Part shown: one piece after another, positions 35,410 to 44,752 of the stretch
How positions within the stretch are numbered: the first letter of the stretch is position 1
Layout: every line of letters starts with the position of its first letter
Source: an archaeon
Lineage (GTDB): Archaea > Iainarchaeota > Iainarchaeia > Iainarchaeales > DTGL01
Reading direction: 5' to 3'
NCBI GenBank assembly: GCA_029258755.1
Contig: JAPDKC010000020.1
Span: 532 to 64,531, forward strand
DNA: 64,000 nucleotides
Position numbers and translations under genes: made by a program
The notes under the pieces: generated by a model
Database searches by the model: none
Seen by the model: only the letters and a program-made list of their open reading frames with translations
Told to the model about the DNA's origin: nothing

Positions 35410-36649
35410 GCTCCCACCTTTTCAACCTTTCTTTAATTTTTAAGGTTTTTTTAACACACAATTCATGAATTTTTTCCTGAGCTATTATGGCTTCTTTGTC
35501 CGCTAACACTGCCCTATTTGCACATGACAGGCAGGGATCGATGGATGCAACTATTATTGGCACATCTGCAAGCTCGGAATCTTTAAGCATAGGTACAATA
35601 GTATGCATATTTGCATATGTAGGGGCCCTTATTTTCCATGCAAAGAGGGTTTCGCTATTTTGCATTCTCAAATAATGTATAAGCTCGCCTCTAGGTGCTT
35701 CTACTAAAGCTATGCCCTCATTATCTACCTTTTTCAAATCCACCAGAAGTTTTTGTAAAACCGGTTCATATAGGGTAGGTCCTTCCGGAAGCTCCTTAAT
35801 GCATTTTTCAATTAATTCTAATGATTGCTTTATCTCAAGCAAGCGCACAATTATACGATCGAAAACATCGCCTCTAATTTCGCCAAGAAGCACATCTGGC
35901 GTTATTGCTTCCACATCAAGGTCTGCGTAAGCGGCATAAGGAAAGTCTTGCCTAGTATCCTTTTTAACACCGGAAGCTCTTGCGGTTGGCCCAACAGCAC
36001 AAAGCTTTAATGCCTCTTCCTTGCTTAGCACACCTATGTCTCTAGTTCTTAACTTTATGGTTGGATCATCTAAAAGTATTTCGCACAGCTTTTCATAAGC
36101 TTTTTTGTAGTAAGCGAGCATCTCCTTGATTTTTGGAATTTGCTTTTTGCTTATATCTCTGCGCACGCCACCTATCATAAGTACGGCTTTTGTAATTCGG
36201 TTACCTGTTAGATATTCTATAACGTCTAGCACCTTTTCCCTTATGAGCCATATATAATGCAGGATTGAATCAAAGCCAAGTTCGTGAGCGGCAACACCTA
36301 AAAATAGCAGATGCGAATGAATTCTTTCTAGCTCAGCATATATAGTGCGCAAATATTCTGCTCTTTCAGGTACTCTTATGTTTGCCGCATTCTCAACAGC
36401 GATGCAAAACGCTAGTGGATGGGAAATATTACATATTCCGCAAACGCGTTCCGCAAGGTATATGATTTGAATAGGATTCCTCCGCAAGCCCATCCATTCT
36501 ATCCCTCTATGGACATGCCCTAAGGAAAAGCTAGCGTCTTTTACTCGTTCACCTTCTACAAGCACCTCTATCTGAATAGGTTCTTTCAGAGCTGGATGTA
36601 TTGGACCTATTGAAATGCTGCATTTTTTACTTTTGTTCAATTCGCTCAC
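35402..36649 (-). CDS. mbhL: Group 4 [NiFe] hydrogenase large (catalytic) subunit
   Basis: N-terminal Ni-Fe ligand motif 'RVCGICNISH' and C-terminal 'DPCLSCANR'. Length 415 aa. Confidence 0.9.
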   Translation of the reverse strand: MSELNKSKKCSISIGPIHPALKEPIQIEVLVEGERVKDASFSLGHVHRGIEWMGLRRNPIQIIYLAERVCGICNISHPLAFCIAVENAANIRVPERAEYLRTIYAELERIHSHLLFLGVAAHELGFDSILHYIWLIREKVLDVIEYLTGNRITKAVLMIGGVRRDISKKQIPKIKEMLAYYKKAYEKLCEILLDDPTIKLRTRDIGVLSKEEALKLCAVGPTARASGVKKDTRQDFPYAAYADLDVEAITPDVLLGEIRGDVFDRIIVRLLEIKQSLELIEKCIKELPEGPTLYEPVLQKLLVDLKKVDNEGIALVEAPRGELIHYLRMQNSETLFAWKIRAPTYANMHTIVPMLKDSELADVPIIVASIDPCLSCANRAVLADKEAIIAQEKIHELCVKKTLKIKERLKRWEHV

Positions 36650-37154
36650 CTGTGTGCAAATTTTTTGCTATTTTATTAGCTCCTTTTTTATCTTTTCTCC
36701 AAGGGAATACACCAGCTAGTGAATCATCAAGGAATGCTCTTCCGGGGGCAAGCCCTTTTATTTCTATTCCTAAGAACTCTCTTTTTTCCTTCTCAGAGAT
36801 CAGCGCTCCTGGAATAAGGTCTGTAATTGTCTCCATAACAGGCCTTTTCTTTGGCAATTTAACTCTTAATGTAAGCAAAACCTGTTCTTTTGGCGCGGCA
36901 TAATTCAAAGTGAAATGCAACAATATCTCAATGTTTTGCCCGGTATCAACTCCTGAAGATACTGAGAAATGAGGATACTCTTGCAAGGAGAATAGCTTTT
37001 TCACAACATCTTTTAGCTTTTTGTTGCTGACCTCGGCCCAAACACGGTAAGCCCTATTTTTCTTTAAACCATGTTCAGTTGTAACAATCCTGAAATCGCT
37101 AATATCCTTTGCAAGCGTTTCCTTAAGCTTCTCTATAAGTTCTGTTGCTTGCAT
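36627..37154 (-). CDS. mbhK: Membrane-bound hydrogenase subunit K (NuoC-like)
   Basis: Positional and size match (about 175 aa from the internal Met 'MQATELIEKL'). The track ORF extends to 37226 and overlaps mbhJ. Confidence 0.65.
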   Translation of the reverse strand: MQATELIEKLKETLAKDISDFRIVTTEHGLKKNRAYRVWAEVSNKKLKDVVKKLFSLQEYPHFSVSSGVDTGQNIEILLHFTLNYAAPKEQVLLTLRVKLPKKRPVMETITDLIPGALISEKEKREFLGIEIKGLAPGRAFLDDSLAGVFPWRKDKKGANKIAKNLHTGERIEQK

Positions 37155-37573
37155 TTTTTCATCCCCTCTAGCTTTTCCCAAGCTTTTGCTAGGCCATGGA
37201 TTATAGCTTCTGGCCTTGGCGGGCATCCAGGTACGTAAATATCCACAGGTATGATTTTATCTATAGGGCCTTCAAGATTATACGATTCATAGAATACGCC
37301 ACCTGTTGAGCCGCAATTGCCGACAACAACCACAATCTTTGGTTCTGGCATTTGTTCATAAGCTCTAATTAACCTTTCCTTCATCTTTCTCGTAACAGGT
37401 CCTGTAACAAGCAATACATCAGCGTGCCTTGGACTGCCAACAAGCTTTACGCCAAACCGTTCAGCATCGTAGCGCGGTGTTAGCGCGGCTATTATCTCTA
37501 TATCGCAGCCATTGCATGAACCTGTGTTAATATGAAAAACCCAAAGGGACCTTTTCAAAGCATCTAAGCCCAT
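37133..37573 (-). CDS. mbhJ: Group 4 [NiFe] hydrogenase small subunit (NuoB-like, [4Fe-4S])
   Basis: 'GSCNGCDIEI', 'GNCGSTGG' and 'VPGCPPRPE' cysteine motifs. The start is set at the internal Met 'MGLDALKR'. Confidence 0.85.
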   Translation of the reverse strand: MGLDALKRSLWVFHINTGSCNGCDIEIIAALTPRYDAERFGVKLVGSPRHADVLLVTGPVTRKMKERLIRAYEQMPEPKIVVVVGNCGSTGGVFYESYNLEGPIDKIIPVDIYVPGCPPRPEAIIHGLAKAWEKLEGMKKCKQQNL

Positions 37574-37914
37574 TGCAACACCCCTAAAGTAAGCACAGTT
37601 AACAGCAAGGATGCTACAATAACATACCAAAGTGCATAATCGTTAATTATTCCTGTATGTATCTTTGTTATAAGGTTGTAGTAGGGTTTCATCGCCTCAA
37701 AAAAGCCCCAGAAAAGATCACTTGCTTTAACCCTTGATGCTTCGCTTGCAATATTTCCCGAGAAAAATACATCGGCTTTGTATTTACTCGGCTTAAAATC
37801 CTTTTTTCCGAAAGCTCTAAGGATAAAAATAATGATGCATACACCTATAAAAAACGCAACAAACGCTAAGGGATTCCAAAAGCCACTAGCAGTTTTCAAT
37901 ATTGCGAGTGTCAT
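37564..37914 (-). CDS. mbhI: Membrane-bound hydrogenase subunit I (small membrane subunit)
   Basis: 116 aa with two TM helices. Position and size match MbhI. Confidence 0.5.
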   Translation of the reverse strand: MTLAILKTASGFWNPLAFVAFFIGVCIIIFILRAFGKKDFKPSKYKADVFFSGNIASEASRVKASDLFWGFFEAMKPYYNLITKIHTGIINDYALWYVIVASLLLTVLTLGVLQWA

Positions 37915-39446
37915 CCCAAAGCACCTATATATGCTTTTTGGTTAAGCAAAGCCATGGCTGCGGGCTCAACTATAGTATTTAATACAATATCTGGAAATAA
38001 TCCAAAAATTATAATAAAGAAGCTCAGCATTCCCATTGCAAAAAGCATTGGCTTAGGCACTTCTTTTACGTTTGATAGTGCTTTTAGCTCTGGACCTAAA
38101 AATGCTGAACAAAACACCTTTACGAATGAAACTAATGTAAGAATGCTTACAATCATAGCTATAATAGAAAATAAGGGATTAAAGATATAAGAGGACTCAT
38201 AGATTAAGAGTTTTGAGGCAAACCCGTTTGTTGGCGGCAGGCCAGCGATTGCGGCAGCACCTGTAATAAAGAATATTGTTGTTGCTGGCATCCTTCTTGC
38301 TAGGCCGCTTAGCTCATCAAGATTTCTTTTACCGGTGCTATAAATTATTGCGCCAGCTGTTAGGAAAAGCAAGCCTTTATATAAGGCATGATTTATTATG
38401 TGAAAGATTCCGCCTTCCATAGCTTTCAACGCATAAATGTTTGCGGTATTGCCAACCAGCAAACCTATGCCAACACCAAGAAGCATGTAGCCAGTTTGCG
38501 ATATCGCATGATATGCCATTAAGCGCTTTATATCCTTTTGAGGTAAAGCCATAGTTACACCAATAAACATTGAAAGAATTCCAAGTAAGATTATAGCATA
38601 CGCGATTATATGGATTAACGGAAATGCTCCAAATAAGCTGAATGATACTCTAAAGAGAGCATACAAACAAGATTGGCTTGCAACAACAAGCGTAGCGGTA
38701 ATAGCCGCTGGTGCTCTACTGTAAGCGTCCGGCACCCAGAAATGCATTGGCACAGAGCCGGCTTTCATGGCTAAGGCGGAAACAAGCAATGCTAAAGCGA
38801 TAATGTCCACAAACGAAAACCTAAGCACTTTGGCTAAAGCAGCGATATTAAGCATATCGTATTGTGCATACAAAATCCCAACAGCTAGTAAGACCATGAG
38901 CGATGCAAGCGAGCTTACGATTAGGTATTTATAGGAAGCTTCACTAGCTTTAAAATCGACAAAGAAGGCAATAAGTGCAGCTGAGCTTATTGAAAGCACC
39001 TCTAAAAATACAAAAAGATTGAATAGGTCTGCTGTGCAAGCCAATCCAAACATTCCAGCAAGCATCAAGAACAGCAACGAGTAATACTTTGCTTGCGCTT
39101 CGCGAATAAAGCTTGCGGAATATAGAAATGCCGCAGTAGCAACAATAGAGCTAAGCAGTAGCATAAATGCAGAGAAAGCATCAACTATGAATACTATTCT
39201 TATTGGAATAGCTAGTTTTGCAGGCATTGTGATGCTGGGCAGCTCAGCGCCCATTGTATAAACCTTAGTTCCATTAGCAAATACATCCACAGATGTTAGG
39301 AAAGCGGTACAAACAACTGAAAGCATCCCTACAGGCACAACAATATTTTTTACTTTTGCACTAAGCTTTTCAGTAATTGCTGTAAGAAAAGCAAACGCTA
39401 GCGGAAATGCTATTAGTAAAGCAACGCTGTGCTGAAGTAAGCTCAT
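37911..39446 (-). CDS. mbhH: Membrane-bound hydrogenase subunit H (MrpD/NuoL-type antiporter-like subunit)
   Basis: 511 aa with 14 or more TM helices. The proton-pump family motif region 'WVPDAYSRAPAAITA' is present. Confidence 0.8.
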   Translation of the reverse strand: MSLLQHSVALLIAFPLAFAFLTAITEKLSAKVKNIVVPVGMLSVVCTAFLTSVDVFANGTKVYTMGAELPSITMPAKLAIPIRIVFIVDAFSAFMLLLSSIVATAAFLYSASFIREAQAKYYSLLFLMLAGMFGLACTADLFNLFVFLEVLSISSAALIAFFVDFKASEASYKYLIVSSLASLMVLLAVGILYAQYDMLNIAALAKVLRFSFVDIIALALLVSALAMKAGSVPMHFWVPDAYSRAPAAITATLVVASQSCLYALFRVSFSLFGAFPLIHIIAYAIILLGILSMFIGVTMALPQKDIKRLMAYHAISQTGYMLLGVGIGLLVGNTANIYALKAMEGGIFHIINHALYKGLLFLTAGAIIYSTGKRNLDELSGLARRMPATTIFFITGAAAIAGLPPTNGFASKLLIYESSYIFNPLFSIIAMIVSILTLVSFVKVFCSAFLGPELKALSNVKEVPKPMLFAMGMLSFFIIIFGLFPDIVLNTIVEPAAMALLNQKAYIGALG

Positions 39447-39865
39447 AGCTCATCTAACCTCCCTAGTTTTGTAGCATCCAAAGTGCCAGTTTGCTGATAG
39501 ATTCTAATTGCTAACGAAAGCATAAGGGCTGTTACAGCTAAACTTATTACTATATTTGTCAGAGTTAGTGCTTGCGGGGTTGGAAGCACCATTCTTGTTT
39601 CCGCTTCGCTTGCTTTAATGGTAGCTTCTGTAAATATGGGAGCAACACCCCCTTTTCTGTAACCTGCGGATATAAGAAATAAGTTTATCCCGCTGGCGAT
39701 AATAGCAATGCCTATAGCCATCTTTATCAGATTCTTTTTGAATAAAAGCGCATATAGCCCAAAAAGAACTAAGCAAATCGCAACTAAAAAGTTGGCATTT
39801 TGCAGTATTAGTAGAGCAAACAATAGAGCTTTTTTATTTTCCAGCATGTTTGGACACCTTTTCAT
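39443..39865 (-). CDS. mbhG: Mbh Mrp-module subunit G (MrpC-like)
   Basis: Small polytopic membrane protein, coupled by a 4-nt overlap. Assigned by synteny. Confidence 0.55.
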   Translation of the reverse strand: MKRCPNMLENKKALLFALLILQNANFLVAICLVLFGLYALLFKKNLIKMAIGIAIIASGINLFLISAGYRKGGVAPIFTEATIKASEAETRMVLPTPQALTLTNIVISLAVTALMLSLAIRIYQQTGTLDATKLGRLDEL

Positions 39866-40301
39866 TCAGCATTAAAAGCATAATAATAGTAAGCGCGCAG
39901 CTTACCTCTAAGCCAATAAGAATATTCATTAAAGGTATAGTGCCAGCGGTATTTATGTAAGCTTCTTTTGTCCCGAAAGGAACGCTTGCCCCAAACATTG
40001 CCCCGGAATTTGCCAAAAAATTGTTGAGGAAGCTTTTTCTGAGCCCAAGAAGGGCTAAAAAAACAAATCCAAATAGAGCCAAGCTTTCTGCAACACTTAG
40101 CAGTTCTTTGTTAAGCATATGCTTGCTTTGTTTACCAAAAGCTATAAAGAGCAAAGCAAAGCAGCTTGCTATAATAACACCGCCTTGAAATCCTCCGCCC
40201 GGTGTAAGATGGCCGTGTGCGATTATATAAAGCCCGAATGTTATCAAAGGCGCTAAAACAACAAGTGCTGTTATCTTTACAATTTTCGACATATCTCTCA
40301 T
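39834..40301 (-). CDS. mbhF: Mbh Mrp-module subunit F (MrpB-like)
   Basis: Synteny and TM content. Confidence 0.55.
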   Translation of the reverse strand: MRDMSKIVKITALVVLAPLITFGLYIIAHGHLTPGGGFQGGVIIASCFALLFIAFGKQSKHMLNKELLSVAESLALFGFVFLALLGLRKSFLNNFLANSGAMFGASVPFGTKEAYINTAGTIPLMNILIGLEVSCALTIIMLLMLNEKVSKHAGK

Positions 40302-40564
40302 TTTGGCACACCACCTCTAAAAAGAAGAATGACTCCGCTTACGGCAGCAAAAAGCACTGTAGCTTCGCCTAAGGTGTCAAGTCCCCTATAGTCAAAAACT
40401 ATGGAAGCGACAACATTATTGCTTGCTGTTTCTATTTGTGCATTTTTTATAAAATATTCGTCCATTGTAGTTTCTGTTGGGCTGCCAAATGGTCTAAGTA
40501 GTAAAGCACATGCTATCAAAAAATACGCAAAAATTATTACAAATATTATTTTAGCTGCTTTCAT
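40298..40564 (-). CDS. mbhE: Mbh Mrp-module subunit E
   Basis: Synteny; 88 aa with two TM helices. Confidence 0.5.
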   Translation of the reverse strand: MKAAKIIFVIIFAYFLIACALLLRPFGSPTETTMDEYFIKNAQIETASNNVVASIVFDYRGLDTLGEATVLFAAVSGVILLFRGGVPK

Positions 40565-40802
40565 CTTCCAACCTCCTAGTCTTCTTAATCGCTAGCACAA
40601 AAATGGCTGTAGTTAAGCAGCCGCCAACAGCAGCTTCGGTTATGGCAACATCCGGTGCCTGAAGCAAGAAGAATTCTAGTGAAAGTAGAAAGCTCATTGC
40701 TGCCAACATAACTACGCTGACTAAAAGGTCTTTGGCTTCTATCGCTAGCAAAGCGCTTGCAAGTATTGCAATTAACGTTATGATGTGTAGCACTATTCTC
40801 AC
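40551..40802 (-). CDS. mbhD: Mbh Mrp-module subunit D
   Basis: Synteny; 83 aa with two to three TM helices. Confidence 0.5.
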   Translation of the reverse strand: MRIVLHIITLIAILASALLAIEAKDLLVSVVMLAAMSFLLSLEFFLLQAPDVAITEAAVGGCLTTAIFVLAIKKTRRLEDESS

Positions 40803-41122
40803 CTTTTCAAAGCATTAACTACAAGCTTTTCTGGTTTTATCCCTGCTTTGTATGAAGCTCTTGCTATCGCATGCGATGCTACAGCGTTTGTTATCATAAG
40901 GAATATAAGAGCCACTATTGCATGCAACCCTATTTGTATTTTTGAAATTGCAATGGAATAAATCACTATGGAAAGCACGATGGCAATAGAACCAAAAGTT
41001 GTGCATAGTGTGCTACCATGAAGCCTTGTATATGGATCAAAAAATCTATGCAAAGCAAGAACTCCTATAAGGTGAAATGCCATGCCAAATATTAACAGTC
41101 CGTATATGAGCAAGTAAATCAT
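40799..41122 (-). CDS. mbhC: Mbh Mrp-module subunit C (MrpG-like)
   Basis: Synteny; 107-aa TM protein. Confidence 0.5.
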   Translation of the reverse strand: MIYLLIYGLLIFGMAFHLIGVLALHRFFDPYTRLHGSTLCTTFGSIAIVLSIVIYSIAISKIQIGLHAIVALIFLMITNAVASHAIARASYKAGIKPEKLVVNALKR

Positions 41123-41412
41123 TTCTTCCCCTCCAAATAATGGGCAAGATACAAAGTGCCTGCAAAGGATATCATAGCATAAACTATGCCAATATCAATC
41201 AAAAAAGCCTGCTTGTAAAAGGCACCAAGAACAATGAAAACGCTCACTACTATAGTTCCCATAGTGTCTACAGCCACTATTCTATCAGCAATAGTTGGCC
41301 CTATAGCAGCTCTGAGCAACGCTATTGCTATGCATGCTACTAGCACAAATGCGGAAGCTACAAGTATGCTCATTCTGTTATCCTCCTTATCCAGTCTGCA
41401 AAGCTTGAGCAA
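41119..41412 (-). CDS. mbhB: Mbh Mrp-module subunit B (MrpF-like)
   Basis: Synteny; 97-aa TM protein. Confidence 0.5.
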   Translation of the reverse strand: MLKLCRLDKEDNRMSILVASAFVLVACIAIALLRAAIGPTIADRIVAVDTMGTIVVSVFIVLGAFYKQAFLIDIGIVYAMISFAGTLYLAHYLEGKK

Positions 41413-41945
41413 ACGTCTTTAATTCTAGGTCTTTCTTTTTTCGCATAAAGCCAATGAATATACAGCTTACGGTTTTTTTCTTCTAAAGTAAGCGTTCCTG
41501 GTGTCAGTGTTATTGAATTTGCTAGCATAGCTATGCCCAAATCACTTTTTATCTTGGGGTTTATTTCCACAATAGCTGGCTTAATATTCCCAGAAAGTAC
41601 GCGAAATGCAACCTCGAAATTTGCCTTTATAAGCGAAAAGGCGAAAGGTCCAAAAATATAAGCGAGAAACAATAGCCAACGCTTCGGATTTAATGCCTTC
41701 GCGCCAATTTCTATTCCAAGCTTCGAGGTTATGAATATTGTAATAGACGCAACAATAAAACCTACAATTATGCTTAGGCACAACTCCTCAAAGCTCCATA
41801 GCAAAAAAGTGCCAGAGCCCGCGGTAAGCAACAGATATAGAACTAAAGATAGTAAAAAAGCAATCACAAATGTTGCCAAACCTTTCACCTCTAAGCGTAT
41901 TGCAAATAATATGAATAATGTTTTTATTAGTTTTTTGCCTTCCAT
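41370..41945 (-). CDS. mbhA: Mbh Mrp-module subunit A (MrpE-like)
   Basis: First gene of the minus-strand cluster; 191 aa. Confidence 0.5.
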   Translation of the reverse strand: MEGKKLIKTLFILFAIRLEVKGLATFVIAFLLSLVLYLLLTAGSGTFLLWSFEELCLSIIVGFIVASITIFITSKLGIEIGAKALNPKRWLLFLAYIFGPFAFSLIKANFEVAFRVLSGNIKPAIVEINPKIKSDLGIAMLANSITLTPGTLTLEEKNRKLYIHWLYAKKERPRIKDVCSSFADWIRRITE

Positions 41946-41954
41946 AGATTTGCT

Positions 41955-42875
41955 ATGAACAAAGGTATTATTCTAGTGCTTTTCACGGCATTTGTTAGTG
42001 GGTTCAGTATTTTCATAAATGCATTTGCAGTTAAAGGAATGAACCCTTTCTTATTTACAACCGCAAAAAATAGCTTAGTTGCTTTTCTGCTTTTTTCAAT
42101 ATTGTTTCTTGTAGAGAAAAAAGAGTTTGGAAAGGTTTTCAGTAAAAATTTGCTACCAAAACTTTTAGCAATAGGGTTTATTGGTGGCAGCATACCATTC
42201 TTGCTTTTCTTTTATGCTCTTTCACTTTTGAAAAGTCCGGCAATAGCGGGTTTTATCCATAAAACCCTTTTTTTGTGGGCCACTTTGTTTGCAGTTATTT
42301 TTATTAAAGAAAAAGTAAGCGTGCGCTTTATGTTTGCAGCATTCCTCTTGCTTTTAGGAAACTACCTTTTCTTCCTCCCTCAAACTGAGCTTAGCTTGCC
42401 CGTAGTTTTAGTGCTAATTGCAACAATTTTTTGGGCTGCTGAAAATGTGTTGGCAAAACATGTGCTTAAGGATGTTTCTGGCACTTGCGTAGCATTTGCC
42501 AGGATGTTCTTCGGCTCAATCTTTATGCTTATAGCTCTCTCAATATTTATGCCTGATGCTTTTATAGGGATTCTTTCCTTCAGCTTTGAGCAAGTTGCTT
42601 GGATTGGCATAACAGCTTGCTTCCTTTTCCTTTACGTCTTCACCTATTATAACGGATTAAAATATTTGCCGGTTCACAAGGCAACAAGCATGCTGCTTTT
42701 GGCTCAGCCAATAACGGCTTTTCTTTCAGCATCTTTTCTTGGAAAAGCACTAACGCTTGAAAAAGCACTTGGTGCTTTATTAATCGTTTGCGGTGTTGTT
42801 TTGCTTATTGGCTTTTCTTACGTATTGAGTTGGCTTGGCAGGAAGGTGCCTTTTTGGGCTCAGCAGAGGGCTTAG
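41955..42875 (+). CDS. EamA/DMT-family transporter (10 TM helices)
   Basis: Duplicated 5-TM EamA-like halves; polytopic throughout. Confidence 0.7.
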   Translation: MNKGIILVLFTAFVSGFSIFINAFAVKGMNPFLFTTAKNSLVAFLLFSILFLVEKKEFGKVFSKNLLPKLLAIGFIGGSIPFLLFFYALSLLKSPAIAGFIHKTLFLWATLFAVIFIKEKVSVRFMFAAFLLLLGNYLFFLPQTELSLPVVLVLIATIFWAAENVLAKHVLKDVSGTCVAFARMFFGSIFMLIALSIFMPDAFIGILSFSFEQVAWIGITACFLFLYVFTYYNGLKYLPVHKATSMLLLAQPITAFLSASFLGKALTLEKALGALLIVCGVVLLIGFSYVLSWLGRKVPFWAQQRA

Positions 42876-43588
42876 TAAAAGCATGCAAATATGCTTTTGT
42901 TCCTAATGAGCTCGGGTATTGTGGAGCAAGAAATTTTAATGAGCTGTTTAAGCGCTTTATAAGCTCGCCTTCAGAGAAGCTAAAAGTTGAGGTGAAAAAA
43001 GCATTAAGAAGCTTCACAGCGCTTTATTCCTACCTTTCCCTAATCTCCGAATACGCCTCTAAAGATGTATTTGATGAAAGTGTTGTAGAAGCGTATTGGT
43101 TAGGAAATTCTTTATTGGAAAAGATTCCTGTGCAAGCGGTCAAAGAACTCATAAGCGAAAAATTTGTTGTTTTGCCATCAAAGATAAGAAAAGAAAAAGC
43201 ATCTTTTTTGGCTAGAAAGGTTTACATTCACCATTCCTTTCACGTGCTTTTTATTCAGTTCTTGACTCCGAAACTTAAGCCGCTTTTAACCAATATGGAT
43301 AAGTGCATAGTTAAGTGGGGGAAAATCTTAGAGATAAAAAATGATAAGCTTAGGGTCAAAAGTGTTTCTCTATTATATGAAGGAGCAGAGCTTAAGCTAA
43401 AGGAAAACTACTTCTTTATAAAAAAAGGATTCATCGAAGAACCATACAAAGGCATGCTTATTTCTATTCACTGGGAAAACGCTATTGAAGAAATCTCTAG
43501 AGCTCAAGCAAAGGAAGTCGAGAAGTACTTGCTTGCCAACATCTCGCTTGCAAATTCATATGCCATTCAAAAAACTAATAAAAAATAA
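42788..43588 (+). CDS. Hypothetical protein with an uncertain start: the track ORF overlaps the EamA gene's 3' end by 88 nt
   Basis: There is no in-frame ATG between 42788 and far downstream. The true start may be the TTG at 42830 or may lie after 42875. The C-terminal part 'CIVKWGKILEI...YKGMLISIHWENAIEEI' faintly resembles a HypC-like beta-barrel. Confidence 0.35.
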   Translation: MRCCFAYWLFLRIELAWQEGAFLGSAEGLVKACKYAFVPNELGYCGARNFNELFKRFISSPSEKLKVEVKKALRSFTALYSYLSLISEYASKDVFDESVVEAYWLGNSLLEKIPVQAVKELISEKFVVLPSKIRKEKASFLARKVYIHHSFHVLFIQFLTPKLKPLLTNMDKCIVKWGKILEIKNDKLRVKSVSLLYEGAELKLKENYFFIKKGFIEEPYKGMLISIHWENAIEEISRAQAKEVEKYLLANISLANSYAIQKTNKK

Positions 43589-43614
43589 AAATAATAGATT
43601 CTTTTTATTTACTG

Positions 43615-44058
43615 GTGGTTTGCGTGGGTAAGCTGCAAACAATTCGCGATATTTTTGCGATAGTAAGAGATTTTCTTCTCATAATTTTCTTAATAGCTTT
43701 AATATTTGCTGCGCTTGCCGTATATAACTTTGTTTCAAGTATAGACCCTTCAATGGTCCTTGCAGCGCTAAGCATGGGATCAGCAGATATCGGCTTTGGT
43801 GCTGTTAAGCAGGAGCAACTTTATGAAGCAGATACGGAAATAAAAGCAACTTTGCAGGAGATTGAATCAAAGGCGTTAGCACAAGATATTGCTGGAGTTT
43901 CACAAGAGCTGGATAAGCTTCGCGGTATGCTAAAAGAAAAAGGTATGAGTGAAGCTGTCACTCTTGTCGATGAAATCAAGCAGAAAGCACTACAAAATGA
44001 TTTGCCAGGAGCTATAGAGGCATACTTCCGCTTAAAGCAGATGCTTGGTGTAAAATAA
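43615..44058 (+). CDS. Hypothetical membrane-anchored coiled-coil protein
   Basis: N-terminal TM 'FLLIIFLIALIFAALAVYNFV' followed by a helical region. Confidence 0.4.
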   Translation: MVCVGKLQTIRDIFAIVRDFLLIIFLIALIFAALAVYNFVSSIDPSMVLAALSMGSADIGFGAVKQEQLYEADTEIKATLQEIESKALAQDIAGVSQELDKLRGMLKEKGMSEAVTLVDEIKQKALQNDLPGAIEAYFRLKQMLGVK

Positions 44059-44059
44059 G

Positions 44060-44611
44060 TTAGCGCTTTCTTTCCTCCTTTTTCTTTCGCTTCTCTAGAC
44101 GCCAATACCTTCTCATGCAGTATTTGATCCGTTTTAAAGCTTGCTTCTTGTTCTTGAATCCCTTAACTTTGACCCATTTCTTTGGTTCAAGCTCTTTATA
44201 GGTTTCGAAGAAATGGGCTATACGCCTTAGAACATGGTCATCTAAATCCTTTATATCTTTTATTTTGCCGTATGTTGGATCTATCTTTTCGGTAGGTACC
44301 GCAATAATCTTGTTGTCTATACCATTTTCGTCTTCTGTAACAAGCATCCCTATAGGCCTAACCTCGATTATGCTTCCAGGCATTACTGCTTCATCACTTA
44401 TAACCATCACATCTATAGGATCATTATCGTTTTCCAGCGTCTCTGGAATGAAGCCATAGTTGTAGGGATAAGTCATTGCAGTATACAGGAATCTGCTCAC
44501 TGAGATAACGCCGCTTTTCTTGTGTACTTCGTATTTCACATTGCTGTTCTTTGGAATCTCGATAACCGCATTTACTATTCTTGGCGCCTTTTCACCTATT
44601 TCAAATGCCAT
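44060..44611 (-). CDS. ppa: Inorganic pyrophosphatase (family I) with an unusual basic C-terminal tail
   Basis: 'DPIDVMVI', 'DENGIDNKIIAVP' and 'HFFETYKELE' are family I PPase motifs. An extra roughly 30 aa, 'KKQALKRIKYCMRRYWRLEKRKKKEERKR', follows. Confidence 0.88.
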   Translation of the reverse strand: MAFEIGEKAPRIVNAVIEIPKNSNVKYEVHKKSGVISVSRFLYTAMTYPYNYGFIPETLENDNDPIDVMVISDEAVMPGSIIEVRPIGMLVTEDENGIDNKIIAVPTEKIDPTYGKIKDIKDLDDHVLRRIAHFFETYKELEPKKWVKVKGFKNKKQALKRIKYCMRRYWRLEKRKKKEERKR

Positions 44612-44752
44612 TTCTTATCACCATAATGAAAAGTGCGGTTCTTAGGCTGCCCATCATTCCTCATCGCTTAGCTCAGTATCATCGTCAGCTCCTCATCGAA
44701 CCGCATAAATATTTATGCATGGTTTTATATTTAAAAATAGTTTTCAGAAATT

